Assembly: GCA_963708045.1 (NCBI GenBank)
Contig: OY970181.1
Span: 3,740 to 67,739, forward strand
From: an uncultured bacterium
Lineage (GTDB): Bacteria; Patescibacteriota; Patescibacteriia; CAIQCM01
Reading direction: 5' to 3'
Length of the DNA: 64,000 nucleotides
Part shown: positions 49,317-58,780 of the stretch, piece after piece
Layout of the letters: each line of letters begins with the position of its first letter
How positions within the stretch are numbered: the stretch's first letter is position 1
The notes under the pieces: generated by a model
What the model was told of the DNA's origin: nothing
Database searches by the model: none
Seen by the model: the letters and a program-made list of their open reading frames with translations, nothing else
Program-made: the position numbers and the translations under genes

Positions 49317-50549
49317 TCAAACTCCTCGTGCCAACATCGTCTTCTCCAACCGACCGAGGGCAAGAATGTAAGCGGCGGTGCGCAGATTAACTTTGTATTC
49401 GTCTTTAATTTTCCAAATCGCGGCAAAATTTTCTACAATAATTGGTTCAAGTTTGGCAAGCACTTCAGCTTCTTTCCAAGAGACCCGCGCCAAGTTTTGC
49501 ACCCATTCAAAATACGAAACCGTAACCCCGCCGGCATTCGCTAAAACGTCGGGAACGACCGGAATGCCGCGCGTTTCAAAAATATTTTCCGCTTCGGTCG
49601 TTGTTGGACCGTTCGCTAGCTCAACAACCGCCTTGGTTTTTATTTTTGCCGCGTTCTCAACGGTCAAAACATTTTCCAGCGCCGCTGGCACAAGAATGTC
49701 ACAGTCAATTTCCAAAAGCTCGGCATTGGTAATTTGTTTGGCGCCAGGAAAATCAACAAGCGATCCGTGTTTCTCTTTCCACGCATGAACACTGATCGGC
49801 TCCAGGCCAGACTCGCTAAAAATTCCGCCTTTGGAATCAGAAAGAGCGACGATTTTGTATCCAGATGCGTGCGCAAGGCGGGCAAAGTGGTAGCCGACGT
49901 TCCCGATTCCCTGAACCGCCAGCCGCGTTTCGCTTGGTAATAAATTTAATTTTGTCGCGAGTTCGCGTAGGGCATAAAAACCACCTTGACCAGTCGCAGC
50001 TTCGCGGCCTTCCGAGCCATAGAGCGCGAGTGGTTTCCCCGTAAAGGCACCGAAAACATTTTCTTTAGTGATTTTGGAAAGTTCGTCCACCATCCACGCC
50101 ATTTCGCGCGGACCAGTGCCAACGTCCGGCGCCGGCACATCACGCCTTTCACCAATCACAGAACTTAACTCACGGACAAAGCCGCGCGAAAGCGCTTCTA
50201 ATTCGGTCGCCGAAAGTTTTTTCGGATCAACGGCAATACCGCCCTTGCCGCCGCCAAAAGGAATTCCCGAGACTGCGGTTTTCATTGTCATCCAAAGCGC
50301 GAGTGCCTTAACTTCATCCAAATCAGCCTGCGGATGAAAACGAATGCCGCCCTTATACGGTCCGCGTGAATTGTTCCATTGCACGCGGTAGGCGTCAAAA
50401 TCGCGCATTTCCCCGCTATCCATCACGACCGAAATTTTAAATTGAAAAATCTCGTTCGGCCGGCTTAATTTTTCTAAAACGCGGGGATCTAATTTAATCA
50501 CCGCCGCCGCGCGCGTTAATTGATCAATGGCATTTTTAAAGGTATTCAT
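49317..50549 (-). CDS. gdhA: Glu/Leu/Phe/Val dehydrogenase (glutamate dehydrogenase)
   Basis: GPYKGGIRFH, GGGKGG, DVPAPD, QGIGNVG, ELANGP, NAGGVTVSYFEW. Confidence 0.93.
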   Translation of the reverse strand: MNTFKNAIDQLTRAAAVIKLDPRVLEKLSRPNEIFQFKISVVMDSGEMRDFDAYRVQWNNSRGPYKGGIRFHPQADLDEVKALALWMTMKTAVSGIPFGGGKGGIAVDPKKLSATELEALSRGFVRELSSVIGERRDVPAPDVGTGPREMAWMVDELSKITKENVFGAFTGKPLALYGSEGREAATGQGGFYALRELATKLNLLPSETRLAVQGIGNVGYHFARLAHASGYKIVALSDSKGGIFSESGLEPISVHAWKEKHGSLVDFPGAKQITNAELLEIDCDILVPAALENVLTVENAAKIKTKAVVELANGPTTTEAENIFETRGIPVVPDVLANAGGVTVSYFEWVQNLARVSWKEAEVLAKLEPIIVENFAAIWKIKDEYKVNLRTAAYILALGRLEKTMLARGV

Positions 50550-50592
50550 AGAAGTCCAGATTATCCCACCCGCCCGGAAACTGCAATACGAA

Positions 50593-50665
50593 ACACATGT
50601 ACCATGTACCACATACCACACACCATCCATTAATGAGTGGTTTATGGTTCATGGTACATGGTTCA
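50593..50665. repeat. Period-7 inverted array (TACCATG/CATGGT family)
   Basis: TACCATG TACCACA TACCACA CACCAT ... TTATGGT TCATGGT ACATGGT TCA. Confidence 0.75.
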
Positions 50666-52345
50666 TCGCGGTGCTTTTTCCAAAATCCTAACCGTCCCGT
50701 GCAAAGCGCGGACTTCTACGAGGTCGCCGTCGTGAAGAAGTTCGGTCGCATTTTTGGTGCCGATAATACAGGGTTTACCTAGCTCGCGGGAAACAATCGC
50801 CGCGTGCGAGGTTATCCCGCCCTCGTTCGTCACAATGCCGGCGGCTTTTTTCATAAGCGGCACAAATTCCGGCCGCGTCATTCCCGTTACCAAAATTTGC
50901 CCTTCTTTAAATTTAGAAAATTCATTAACCGTTCGCACAACGCAAACGATTCCTTTAGCAAACCCCTGCGACGCGACTTTGCCCGCGATTACCGAATCAT
51001 GTTCCTTGCCGCCAATCTTATTCTCTAACTCTTTGCGAAGAGACAACGCCTCGTCGCCATAAAGCACCCGATAGTCAACCCCTTCGGCAATGTAGATGGC
51101 ACCATTGTTACGACGATCCTCTAGTGTCGCCTTGGTAAGCACACCTTTTAAAACACTGGCAACCTCATTATGATTTAGATACGATAAGCAATTTACAGGA
51201 ATACCTGTGCGCCGTTCTATTTCTTGCAAGACTCGCAAAAAAGCGACAATGCCCATTAAATTATATTTCTTTCGCGATTCGCGCCAAGCGGTTAATTTTT
51301 GAAAAAACGCCAACGGATTAACCTTAAGCCCGCGCTGTCGCAATATTTTTGTGATTATTGCTTCGCGCGTTTCGCTAAACGTTTCCAGTTCGTGAATTTC
51401 CATTTTTATAGCTTCGGGGTTGGATAAATATTTATCAAGCTCAGCCACGATTTCTTCGTTAGAGATTGAACGATAAACCGCGTAGTTTGATTGATAATAA
51501 TCAAAATGTCTGACGTAATTTTTTATATCAGTACTTTTTTCCACAAAATCTTTAATCATTTTAAGACGAGCACTACCACTCCAGCGTTTATGTAAAAGCG
51601 TTCGCGCGATTTTTAACAAAGCCAGTTTCCGCTCGCGATCAATAGAAAGCTCGTTGGTTGTCGTGAGTGCGACTGTGTCCTCAACTGAAAGATTATTTTT
51701 TTGCGCAATTCTTTTTATTTCCTCTTGATCAAAACCGGCGTCAAAAGAATCTATAAATAAACTTGCGTCCCAGAACGGATCATACGCAACTAAAATGCTG
51801 GCGGAAAATTCCGCAAGCTCGTGATCGTTTAAAGACGCGAGAATCTCACCACTGTTTTCCAAATAAATATTTTCAATTTTTGATGCCGCCCGCTCGTATT
51901 CAGCATAAAGCAAATCAAAATCCGCCATTTTTGAATATTGGCGATAAACTTGATTGGACCATTTGTTCATTTCGTCAAAATCCCAATATGCCCAAAAGTA
52001 ACCTTTCTGCGCGTAATAGATAAAATGTTTTTCAAATTTATTTCCTAGACCACAATTAATACGGACAAAAGGTGAAAAAAGCGTAAACGGCACACCTTCC
52101 CCTTCTTGACGATAGGGTTTAATTTCGTTTGATTTTTTACTCGGCTCAATTTTCATTTCAATCAACTGCGCAAGCGGAATATCGTAGGTCGTGCAAATTT
52201 TTTCTATCGTTTCAAACTTAATCCCATCCACTTTATTGTGAAAGAGAGCGGTCACCGTATTGCGATTCAAACCCGTGTCTTCAGCAATTTCCAAAATTGT
52301 CTTCCCTAATTTTTCGCTTAATTCCTTAATTTTTATTGTAATCAT
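50663..52345 (-). CDS. XRE/Cro-type HTH fused to a helical domain and a PEP-utilising phosphohistidine domain
   Basis: N-terminal IAEDTGLNRNTVTALFHNKVDGIKFETIEKIC; C-terminal GGITSHAAIVSRELGKPC; likely start ATG 52345. Confidence 0.85.
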   Translation of the reverse strand: MITIKIKELSEKLGKTILEIAEDTGLNRNTVTALFHNKVDGIKFETIEKICTTYDIPLAQLIEMKIEPSKKSNEIKPYRQEGEGVPFTLFSPFVRINCGLGNKFEKHFIYYAQKGYFWAYWDFDEMNKWSNQVYRQYSKMADFDLLYAEYERAASKIENIYLENSGEILASLNDHELAEFSASILVAYDPFWDASLFIDSFDAGFDQEEIKRIAQKNNLSVEDTVALTTTNELSIDRERKLALLKIARTLLHKRWSGSARLKMIKDFVEKSTDIKNYVRHFDYYQSNYAVYRSISNEEIVAELDKYLSNPEAIKMEIHELETFSETREAIITKILRQRGLKVNPLAFFQKLTAWRESRKKYNLMGIVAFLRVLQEIERRTGIPVNCLSYLNHNEVASVLKGVLTKATLEDRRNNGAIYIAEGVDYRVLYGDEALSLRKELENKIGGKEHDSVIAGKVASQGFAKGIVCVVRTVNEFSKFKEGQILVTGMTRPEFVPLMKKAAGIVTNEGGITSHAAIVSRELGKPCIIGTKNATELLHDGDLVEVRALHGTVRILEKAPR

Positions 52346-52358
52346 AAAATTATATGAA

Positions 52359-52461
52359 TAGTGTACTAGGCACACTATATAATATCTATTCACCTTTGTC
52401 AAGATTGTGCCTAGTACACTAACCAACCACCCTTGACAAATCATTAAAAACGTGTTAGCAT
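52359..52461. promoter_or_regulatory. Divergent sigma70 promoters with a paired 16-bp operator
   Basis: Minus: TTGACA(52402-52397)-N17-TATAGT. Plus: TTGACA(52433)-N17-TAGCAT. TAGTGTACTAGGCACA at 52359-52374, inverted at 52406-52421. Confidence 0.7.
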
Positions 52462-52519
52462 AACCTATTCCTGATGAACTTCTGAACTGGATCCAAAACC
52501 TGATACGGAGGAATGAACG

Positions 52520-53101
52520 ATGAACGACCTTTCTATTCTGTTTCTGCGCCACGGCGCGACCACCCCGCTCGACAAGACCGTTCCTGTGAGCCAAGGCGAC
52601 CCAGCTCGCGTCCTTACGAGCGAAGGCATTGCCCGCGCCGAAGAGGTCGCCACTGACCTCGCATCGCAGAGCTTCGGGCTCATGATCACGTCCGGGGTAT
52701 CTCGGACGGTTCAAACCGGCGCCATCGTCGCGGCCAAGCAGCAGAAGCTGGTTGACATCATGAGCATACGTAGCCTGTACATGCCACTCGACCAAAACGA
52801 GGTCAACAGGTTGTTCGCGCTTTTCGATAAAGCGACAACCCCACGGCTTGCCCAGGAAGTCATGGAGATCCGAAGTATGTGCGAGGCACAGGCAGAAATC
52901 ATTCTCGCCGAGTGTAAACTCCGCAGCAACCCATATACGCTGGCCGTGAACCATATGGTTCTGATTCAACTCATCGCCCACGCAATGGGCGCCTCGGAAA
53001 ACGTCCTCGACGCGAAACTGGAGCCTTGCGACGGACTCTGGGTCAATATCACAGCCGAGGGGACAACCTGGCTCCGCTACTCAGCCCCCAAGGCGGCCTA
53101 G
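52520..53101 (+). CDS. Histidine phosphatase superfamily protein, SixA-like
   Basis: LFLRHG, LTSEG...A, TS...RTVQT, LAVNH; SD GGAGGA. Confidence 0.8.
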   Translation: MNDLSILFLRHGATTPLDKTVPVSQGDPARVLTSEGIARAEEVATDLASQSFGLMITSGVSRTVQTGAIVAAKQQKLVDIMSIRSLYMPLDQNEVNRLFALFDKATTPRLAQEVMEIRSMCEAQAEIILAECKLRSNPYTLAVNHMVLIQLIAHAMGASENVLDAKLEPCDGLWVNITAEGTTWLRYSAPKAA

Positions 53102-53212
53102 TCCAACAACCCTAACATCCAACCCCGGATCTGCACGAAGCAGTCCGGACGCGAAATACCCGACGTGTACGTTTGGCCGAAACCAGACAACAAACGCCGG
53201 GTATTCTTGTAT

Positions 53213-53890
53213 CTACTCATTTTTGTCGAGGCGAAACCTCGGCCAATCAGAATCTATGCGCTTTTTCCCAATCAACCCTAACACAAAATCGCGGTATTTC
53301 TTTTTATTTTTAAATTGATTTAATACTATTTCTGAATTATCTACAATACTCTCTCCTTGTCTAATACCGATGTAATCAAAGTAACTAGACCATTTAAATT
53401 TATTGAGTAAACGATTTAATAGTTGCATATCGTGGCAATTGGGCGTAATTGCTTCCACTGGATTTAAGTGAATATAGCGCGTTAAATGAAGTAAGTATGA
53501 ATTATCTTTGATATGTTTGCTTTTAAAAACTCCTTGGAACAATACTCCCGATCTTTCATAACGCTTATTAAAATACATAGTGTACCCAGTTAATAATTTT
53601 TGAATATATTTTGATATCCCGTTTTCTTGTACCTGCTCCAGTATCAAATGAAAATGATTTGGCATTAAACAATATGCGACAATTTTAACCAAAGCCTCTG
53701 GCCGATTTGGTCGAGGCGAAACCTCGGCCAAAAGACGATTAAAATGATTAATTGGTTCAAGCGAGTTAAATAATTTCATACCAAGAATGAACCGCTCATA
53801 ATCTTTGTTTTGTAAAAAGACACGCCTTTTATCTGTCCCCCTATTATAAATGTGATAAAATTCACCATTAGTAAAAACCAGGTTACGCAT
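53213..53890 (-). CDS. REP-associated tyrosine transposase (RAYT, Y1 HUH)
   Basis: YHIYNRG, YCLMPNHFHL, YFNKRY.R.G.LFQ, RYIHLNP, WSSY. Confidence 0.9.
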   Translation of the reverse strand: MRNLVFTNGEFYHIYNRGTDKRRVFLQNKDYERFILGMKLFNSLEPINHFNRLLAEVSPRPNRPEALVKIVAYCLMPNHFHLILEQVQENGISKYIQKLLTGYTMYFNKRYERSGVLFQGVFKSKHIKDNSYLLHLTRYIHLNPVEAITPNCHDMQLLNRLLNKFKWSSYFDYIGIRQGESIVDNSEIVLNQFKNKKKYRDFVLGLIGKKRIDSDWPRFRLDKNE

Positions 53891-54113
53891 AATTTTTTTA
53901 AAAACTTAAGACTTATGATCCAACCTAGGCTCGACATAATTAATTCTCAATAAATGTGTCCGTTGTGGATAACACCCCTATTTTGTTGAGGCGAAACCTC
54001 GACAAAATAGGGATTTCCAAGAGTCTCAAGTGTTAGTCATCACCAACACCCGCTTTAACAAAACATCAAATGAATTAGAAATTGGTCTTTGGCCGAGGTT
54101 TCGCCTCGGCCAA
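53221..54113. repeat. Four REP palindromes GAGG-CGAAA-CCTC (53221-53246, 53707-53731, 53976-54012, inverted 54089-54113)
   Basis: Repeated hairpin TT(G/T)GYYGAGG-CGAAA-CCTCG in and around the RAYT gene. Confidence 0.85.
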
Positions 54114-54187
54114 TCGCCTTGGTCAATTATTTTAAATAGCCGCCCCGATAGTAATCGGGGCGGCTATAATGCTTCATGTTCGATGTT

Positions 54188-55093
54188 TCACTTCGAGAGG
54201 TATTTCTCGGCTTCCAGTGCGGCCATACAGCCGGTGCCGGCGGCGGAAATTGCTTGGCGATAACGCCAGTCGGCAACGTCGCCGCAAACAAAAACACCGG
54301 GAAGTGCCGTTCGCACAAAACCCTCGGGGACGATGTAACCTTTTTCCATTGTTAACTGCCCTTCAAAAATTTTCGTATTTGGACTGTGGCCGATTGCTAC
54401 AAAAACTCCGTCAATCGGCATTTCCTCTTCAGCACCAGTTACGTTATTTTTTACGCGAACGCCGGTAATTTTTTCCTCACCAAGATAACCGACAACGCTA
54501 GCACTAAAAACAAATTTTATTTTCGGGTTAGCTTCGGCGCGCTCCTGCATTATTTTTGAGGCGCGCATCGCTTCGGAGCGAACCAGAATAATTACTTCAC
54601 TCGCGAATTTAGTCAAAAAATTTGCTTCTTCAAGCGCCGCGTCCCCCGCGCCGACGACGATTACTTTTTTGTTCTTAAAGAAGAACCCATCGCAGGTGGC
54701 GCAAGCAGAAAGTCCTTTGCCGTAATATTTATTTTCACCCGGAAGATCCAACCGTCGCGCCGAAGCGCCGGTCGCAATAATTACTGATTCGGCTTCAAAA
54801 ATTTCGTCGCCAATAAAAACTTTTTTCGGTTCCGACTTAAGATCAACAGCCGTCACCGTTTTTTCAACCACCCGCGTGCCAAATTTTTCCGCTTGTTTGC
54901 GCATCGCGGACATCAAATCCGAACCGAGTATTCCTTCGGGGAAACCGGGAAAATTTTCAATTTCGGTCGTGGTGATTAATTGTCCGCCAATTTGCTCGCC
55001 GCAAAAAACCAATGGTGCCAGTTCCGCGCGCGCCGCATATATTGCCGCCGTGTATCCAGCCGGACCCGAGCCGATGATGATGACTTTTTCCAT
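54188..55093 (-). CDS. trxB: Thioredoxin reductase
   Basis: GSGPAG.TAAIY, SACATCDG, GDV.D..YRQAI. Confidence 0.96.
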   Translation of the reverse strand: MEKVIIIGSGPAGYTAAIYAARAELAPLVFCGEQIGGQLITTTEIENFPGFPEGILGSDLMSAMRKQAEKFGTRVVEKTVTAVDLKSEPKKVFIGDEIFEAESVIIATGASARRLDLPGENKYYGKGLSACATCDGFFFKNKKVIVVGAGDAALEEANFLTKFASEVIILVRSEAMRASKIMQERAEANPKIKFVFSASVVGYLGEEKITGVRVKNNVTGAEEEMPIDGVFVAIGHSPNTKIFEGQLTMEKGYIVPEGFVRTALPGVFVCGDVADWRYRQAISAAGTGCMAALEAEKYLSK

Positions 55094-55097
55094 AGTT

Positions 55098-55172
55098 TTA
55101 GGTGTTAGGTGTTAGATGTTAGGTATTAGGTTCCAACGAAACCTAATACCTTGAACCTTTAACCTAAAACCT
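55098..55172. repeat. Period-7 inverted array (TTAGGTG/ACCTAA family)
   Basis: TTAGGTG TTAGGTG TTAGATG TTAGGTA TTAGG ... CCTAATA CCTTGAA CCTTTAA CCTAAAA. Confidence 0.8.
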
Positions 55173-55488
55173 TTTCTAATTTCTTAGCCACTTCTTCTTT
55201 TCCAAGCGCGCCGACCCATTTGTCAACGACAACGCCGTTTTTAAAAATGAAAAAAGCAGGAATGGATTGCACGCCCATTTTTTCAGCAACAGAAGTTCCC
55301 TCTTCAACATTATATTTTCCAACAATCGCTTTGCCGTCGTACTCATGTGCCAATTCTTCAACAATCGGACCCATTAAGCGACAGGGCGGACACCACGACG
55401 CCCAAAAGTCGGTAAGAACGGGCATTGTCTTGGACGCCTCAATCACTTCGTTATTAAAATTATTATCATTTAATACAACCTCGGACAT
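55159..55488 (-). CDS. trxA: Thioredoxin
   Basis: DFWASWCPPC, SIP. Confidence 0.92.
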   Translation of the reverse strand: MSEVVLNDNNFNNEVIEASKTMPVLTDFWASWCPPCRLMGPIVEELAHEYDGKAIVGKYNVEEGTSVAEKMGVQSIPAFFIFKNGVVVDKWVGALGKEEVAKKLEKVLG

Positions 55489-55502
55489 ATTGTTCGTTGT
55501 TT

Positions 55503-55581
55503 AAATATCTAATTTCTAATGTCTAATATCTAATCCGACGACGACCGTCATTAGACATTAGGTATTAGATATTAGGTATTT
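55503..55581. repeat. Period-7 inverted array (TCTAATA/TATTAGA family)
   Basis: TCTAATT TCTAATG TCTAATA TCTAATC ... CATTAGA CATTAGG TATTAGA TATTAGG. Confidence 0.8.
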
Positions 55582-57574
55582 ACGTAAACTGTATCTTCCT
55601 CTCCTTCTTTTCAATATTCAAGAAAACCAGTTCGTCGCCAACTGCGAGAACGGGGCGAATTTTTATTTTACAACCAAACTCGGTGCCAGCGCGAACTTCT
55701 TTGACGGCCGCTTTCATTGATTGCAATTCCACAATTTCTCCAGTTTCCAATTCCGCACCCTCGCGATAAACGCGCACCGAGGCGGTCTTGGTTACTTTTC
55801 CATCTTTGACCACACCACCCACGATCATTGAACTTTTTTCCGTGCGGAAAATTGCCAAAATCTGACCGCGACCAAGTTCGGTTATAATAACCTCTTCAGG
55901 AAGCAATTCTTGAAGCGCGGCTTTGACATCGTCTAAAATATCGTAAATGACTTTGGCTTTTTTAACAACCACCTTTTTGTCACGCGCCAAATTTTCTACC
56001 GGCGTCGGCACCAAAACGTTAAAACCATAAACAACGGCGCCCGATGCTTCGGCGCGGATAATATCGGATTCGTTAACGTTCCCGAGTCCGCGCGAAACAA
56101 TTTCTACGCCCACCTCGGGGTTGCGGAATTTTTCTAGTGATGAAGAAAGCGCTTCAAGTGAACCAAGCACGTCAGTCTTAAGAACCACCTTAACCATTTT
56201 CTTGGTTTCTTTTTCTTCGCTTGTCGCGGCCACGGCTGAAACTTTGGTCATTGTTGCGCGACCAGCTTCTTTCACGTCCTTTTCTAATCCTTTAATGGTT
56301 TCCGGAACAATAATAACATCGCCGACCGACGGTGCCGCTTTTAATCCCAATATTTTAACCGGCATTCCCGGCAACGACTCTTTAAGCGCGCGATTGTTCC
56401 AATCGCGCATTGCGCGCACTCGTCCGTAAAGCATATTGCCGATCGCGAGATAGTCATTTACCTTAAGCGTGCCACCAGCAATGAGTACCGTCGCGACCAC
56501 GCCTTCGTTTTTGTCTATGTGCGACTCAACAACCGTTGCCACAGCGCGACGAGCCGGATTGGCCAGCAATTTTTCTTTATTAAGATCAGCGACGAGCAAA
56601 ACCATTTCCAAAAGCGCGTCAATGTTTTTTCCTTCTTTGGCCGAAACTGGAACAAAGGGAATTTTTCCGCCCCAATCTTCAGCTTGAACGTTATGCTCGG
56701 CAAGCTGGCGTTTTACTTTTTCTGGATCAGCGTCCGGCTTGTCAATTTTATTCATCGCCACCACAAAAGGGATTTTGGCCGCTTCAATAATTCCCAAGGC
56801 TTCCAAGGTTTGTGGTTGAACGCCGTCGTCGGCCGCAACAACCAAAATTGCAACGTCGGCAATTCGCGCGCCGCGCGAGCGCATTGTCATAAAAGCTTCG
56901 TGGCCGGGCGTATCAATAAAAGTAATTTTACGATCCCGTTTTTCCACCTGATAAGCGCCAATGTGCTGGGTAATACCGCCGGCTTCGCCGCCCATTACGT
57001 TTGTCGCGCGAATCGCGTCCAAAAGTTTTGTCTTGCCGTGGTCAACGTGACCCATCACAACGACAACCGGCGGACGCGGGGTGGTTGCGTTCGCGTCATT
57101 TCCCAAAATTCCTGCCAATTTTTCTTCCATTGAAGCACTGCCGCTTTCAACTGTTTCCGACTCAACTTCCGGTTCGGTCTTAAAACCAAGATCTTCGGCG
57201 ACGATCGTTGCTGTTTCAAAATCAATCCGTTCATTCATTGAAGCCAGAATTCCATTTTTCATCAATTCCGAAATAACCCGCGTGACCGGCAAATTTAAGC
57301 GTCCGGAAAAATCTTTAACTGTCACGAGTTTGGGAAGCTTAATTGAACCGCCCGAAACAGCCATAGCTTTTTCAACTTCAATCTTTTCTTTGGAAAGCTT
57401 GGTCATTCGCTCGCGCTCTTGGCGCCAGCGCGGCCATTCGCGAACAACGCGAGCAGCGAGCTGATCGTCAATTTTGATCGCCCGTTTGCCAATATCAAGT
57501 CCATGCTCTGGGAGCACAACAAAAAGTTCAGCCGTGGTGGTGCGTAATTTTCGCGCAAGTTCGGTTATATTCAT
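55580..57574 (-). CDS. infB: Translation initiation factor IF-2
   Basis: [38 protein letters not shown]. Confidence 0.97.
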   Translation of the reverse strand: MNITELARKLRTTTAELFVVLPEHGLDIGKRAIKIDDQLAARVVREWPRWRQERERMTKLSKEKIEVEKAMAVSGGSIKLPKLVTVKDFSGRLNLPVTRVISELMKNGILASMNERIDFETATIVAEDLGFKTEPEVESETVESGSASMEEKLAGILGNDANATTPRPPVVVVMGHVDHGKTKLLDAIRATNVMGGEAGGITQHIGAYQVEKRDRKITFIDTPGHEAFMTMRSRGARIADVAILVVAADDGVQPQTLEALGIIEAAKIPFVVAMNKIDKPDADPEKVKRQLAEHNVQAEDWGGKIPFVPVSAKEGKNIDALLEMVLLVADLNKEKLLANPARRAVATVVESHIDKNEGVVATVLIAGGTLKVNDYLAIGNMLYGRVRAMRDWNNRALKESLPGMPVKILGLKAAPSVGDVIIVPETIKGLEKDVKEAGRATMTKVSAVAATSEEKETKKMVKVVLKTDVLGSLEALSSSLEKFRNPEVGVEIVSRGLGNVNESDIIRAEASGAVVYGFNVLVPTPVENLARDKKVVVKKAKVIYDILDDVKAALQELLPEEVIITELGRGQILAIFRTEKSSMIVGGVVKDGKVTKTASVRVYREGAELETGEIVELQSMKAAVKEVRAGTEFGCKIKIRPVLAVGDELVFLNIEKKERKIQFT

Positions 57575-57645
57575 GTTTCCTTACTTTATGCGGAATTTGC
57601 CTTTGTGTCAATTATTTTGACCGAAAATTAAGAAAGAATTTATAA

Positions 57646-57678
57646 AATAAAAAACACCCCTAAGGGTGTTTTTTATTT
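57646..57678 (-). terminator. Intrinsic terminator after the pilin genes
   Basis: AAATAAAAAACACCC-CTAA-GGGTGTTTTTTATTT. Confidence 0.75.
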
Positions 57679-57685
57679 TAATTGA

Positions 57686-58135
57686 CTAGCGAGTCATGCT
57701 GATCGCTTCGGAAAGTTCAGCACCAGGAGCGGCTATTGTAATGCGGCCAGAGGTTTCATCGCGCATAATTGTGTAACCGCTATTGTATTCGGTCGTGCTT
57801 GTCCAACCAGCACCAGCGGCCGATGGGTCAAACGGCAAGGAGGCGGCGTAAGTCGGAACCAAACAAGGACCAATATCATAACCAGTATCGGAATCCATAT
57901 TGGTAGCGGTTGTCGGAATAACGCCAGCGACACAAGTAAAGGTTCCGCGGTTATCGGTTGTGTTGGCAATAACCGAACTCATTATCGTGTCCATATTATT
58001 CCAGCGCTGGGCGTTTCTGGCTTGCGAGAATTGGCGCGCCGGGTTAAGAGCAACAATGAGGACGCCAGCCAAAACGGCGATAAGACCGATAACGATCAAG
58101 ATTTCAATGAGTGTAAAAGCTTTATTTTGTTTCAT
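57686..58135 (-). CDS. Type IV major pilin, copy 2
   Basis: MKQNKAFTLIEILIVIGLIAVLA...NPARQFSQARNAQR. Confidence 0.92.
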   Translation of the reverse strand: MKQNKAFTLIEILIVIGLIAVLAGVLIVALNPARQFSQARNAQRWNNMDTIMSSVIANTTDNRGTFTCVAGVIPTTATNMDSDTGYDIGPCLVPTYAASLPFDPSAAGAGWTSTTEYNSGYTIMRDETSGRITIAAPGAELSEAISMTR

Positions 58136-58295
58136 ATTGATTAATGAACTTAATTTTTTTAATACATTTATCACCACATCTTTGCCCATTAACTTATTAA
58201 AGTTGCAGGGACATCCGCTGTTTCGACCTTTATGCGGCAGAGGAAACAATGAAAAATGTTTTTTAGATAATCAATGGATGATTATCTTTTTTTAT

Positions 58296-58751
58296 TTAGC
58301 GAATCATATTAATTGACTCCGAAAGTTCGGCGCCAGGAGCGGCAATTGTGATACGACCAGTTGTTGCGTCGCGCATAATGGTGTAGTTCAGATCGTAATC
58401 GGCCGAAGTCGTCCAGTGTGCGCCAGAAGCAGAAGGATCAAACGGCAAAGAGACGGCATAGGTTGGAGACAAACAAGGACCAATGTCGTAGTTCCCAACA
58501 CCATTTGCCATTTTGGTAGCAGTGGCAGGAATGGCGCCGGCACCCGTGCAAGTGAAGGTTCCGCGATTATCAGTCAGGTTAGCGATGGTCGCACTCATAA
58601 TCGTGTCAATATTATTCCAGCGTTGTGCGTTCCGAGCTTGCGAGAACTGACGTGCCGGATTAAGAGCGACAATGAGGACGCCAGCCAAAACGGCGATAAG
58701 ACCGATGACGATTAAAATTTCAATGAGTGTAAAAGCTTTATTTTGTTTCAT
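58296..58751 (-). CDS. Type IV major pilin, copy 1
   Basis: Same N-terminus as 57686-58135. Confidence 0.92.
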   Translation of the reverse strand: MKQNKAFTLIEILIVIGLIAVLAGVLIVALNPARQFSQARNAQRWNNIDTIMSATIANLTDNRGTFTCTGAGAIPATATKMANGVGNYDIGPCLSPTYAVSLPFDPSASGAHWTTSADYDLNYTIMRDATTGRITIAAPGAELSESINMIR

Positions 58752-58780
58752 ATTAATTAATGAACTATTTTAATAATTTT

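Noticed and set aside
52346-52981. N-terminal 212 aa of the 772-aa ORF in the track
   Set aside because: Antisense shadow of the histidine phosphatase gene plus the promoter region; the HTH starts at ATG 52345 behind its own promoter.
53964-53972. DnaA box TGTGGATAA as oriC
   Set aside because: Single box with no cluster or dnaA nearby, and gene orientation does not switch here.
740-55581. Short repeat arrays as CRISPR arrays
   Set aside because: Units are 7 nt in tandem with no 25-45-nt repeats separated by unique spacers; no cas genes in the window.
58136-58295. c-di-GMP or c-di-AMP riboswitch between the pilin genes
   Set aside because: I could not match the conserved aptamer motifs by eye; an Infernal search would be needed.
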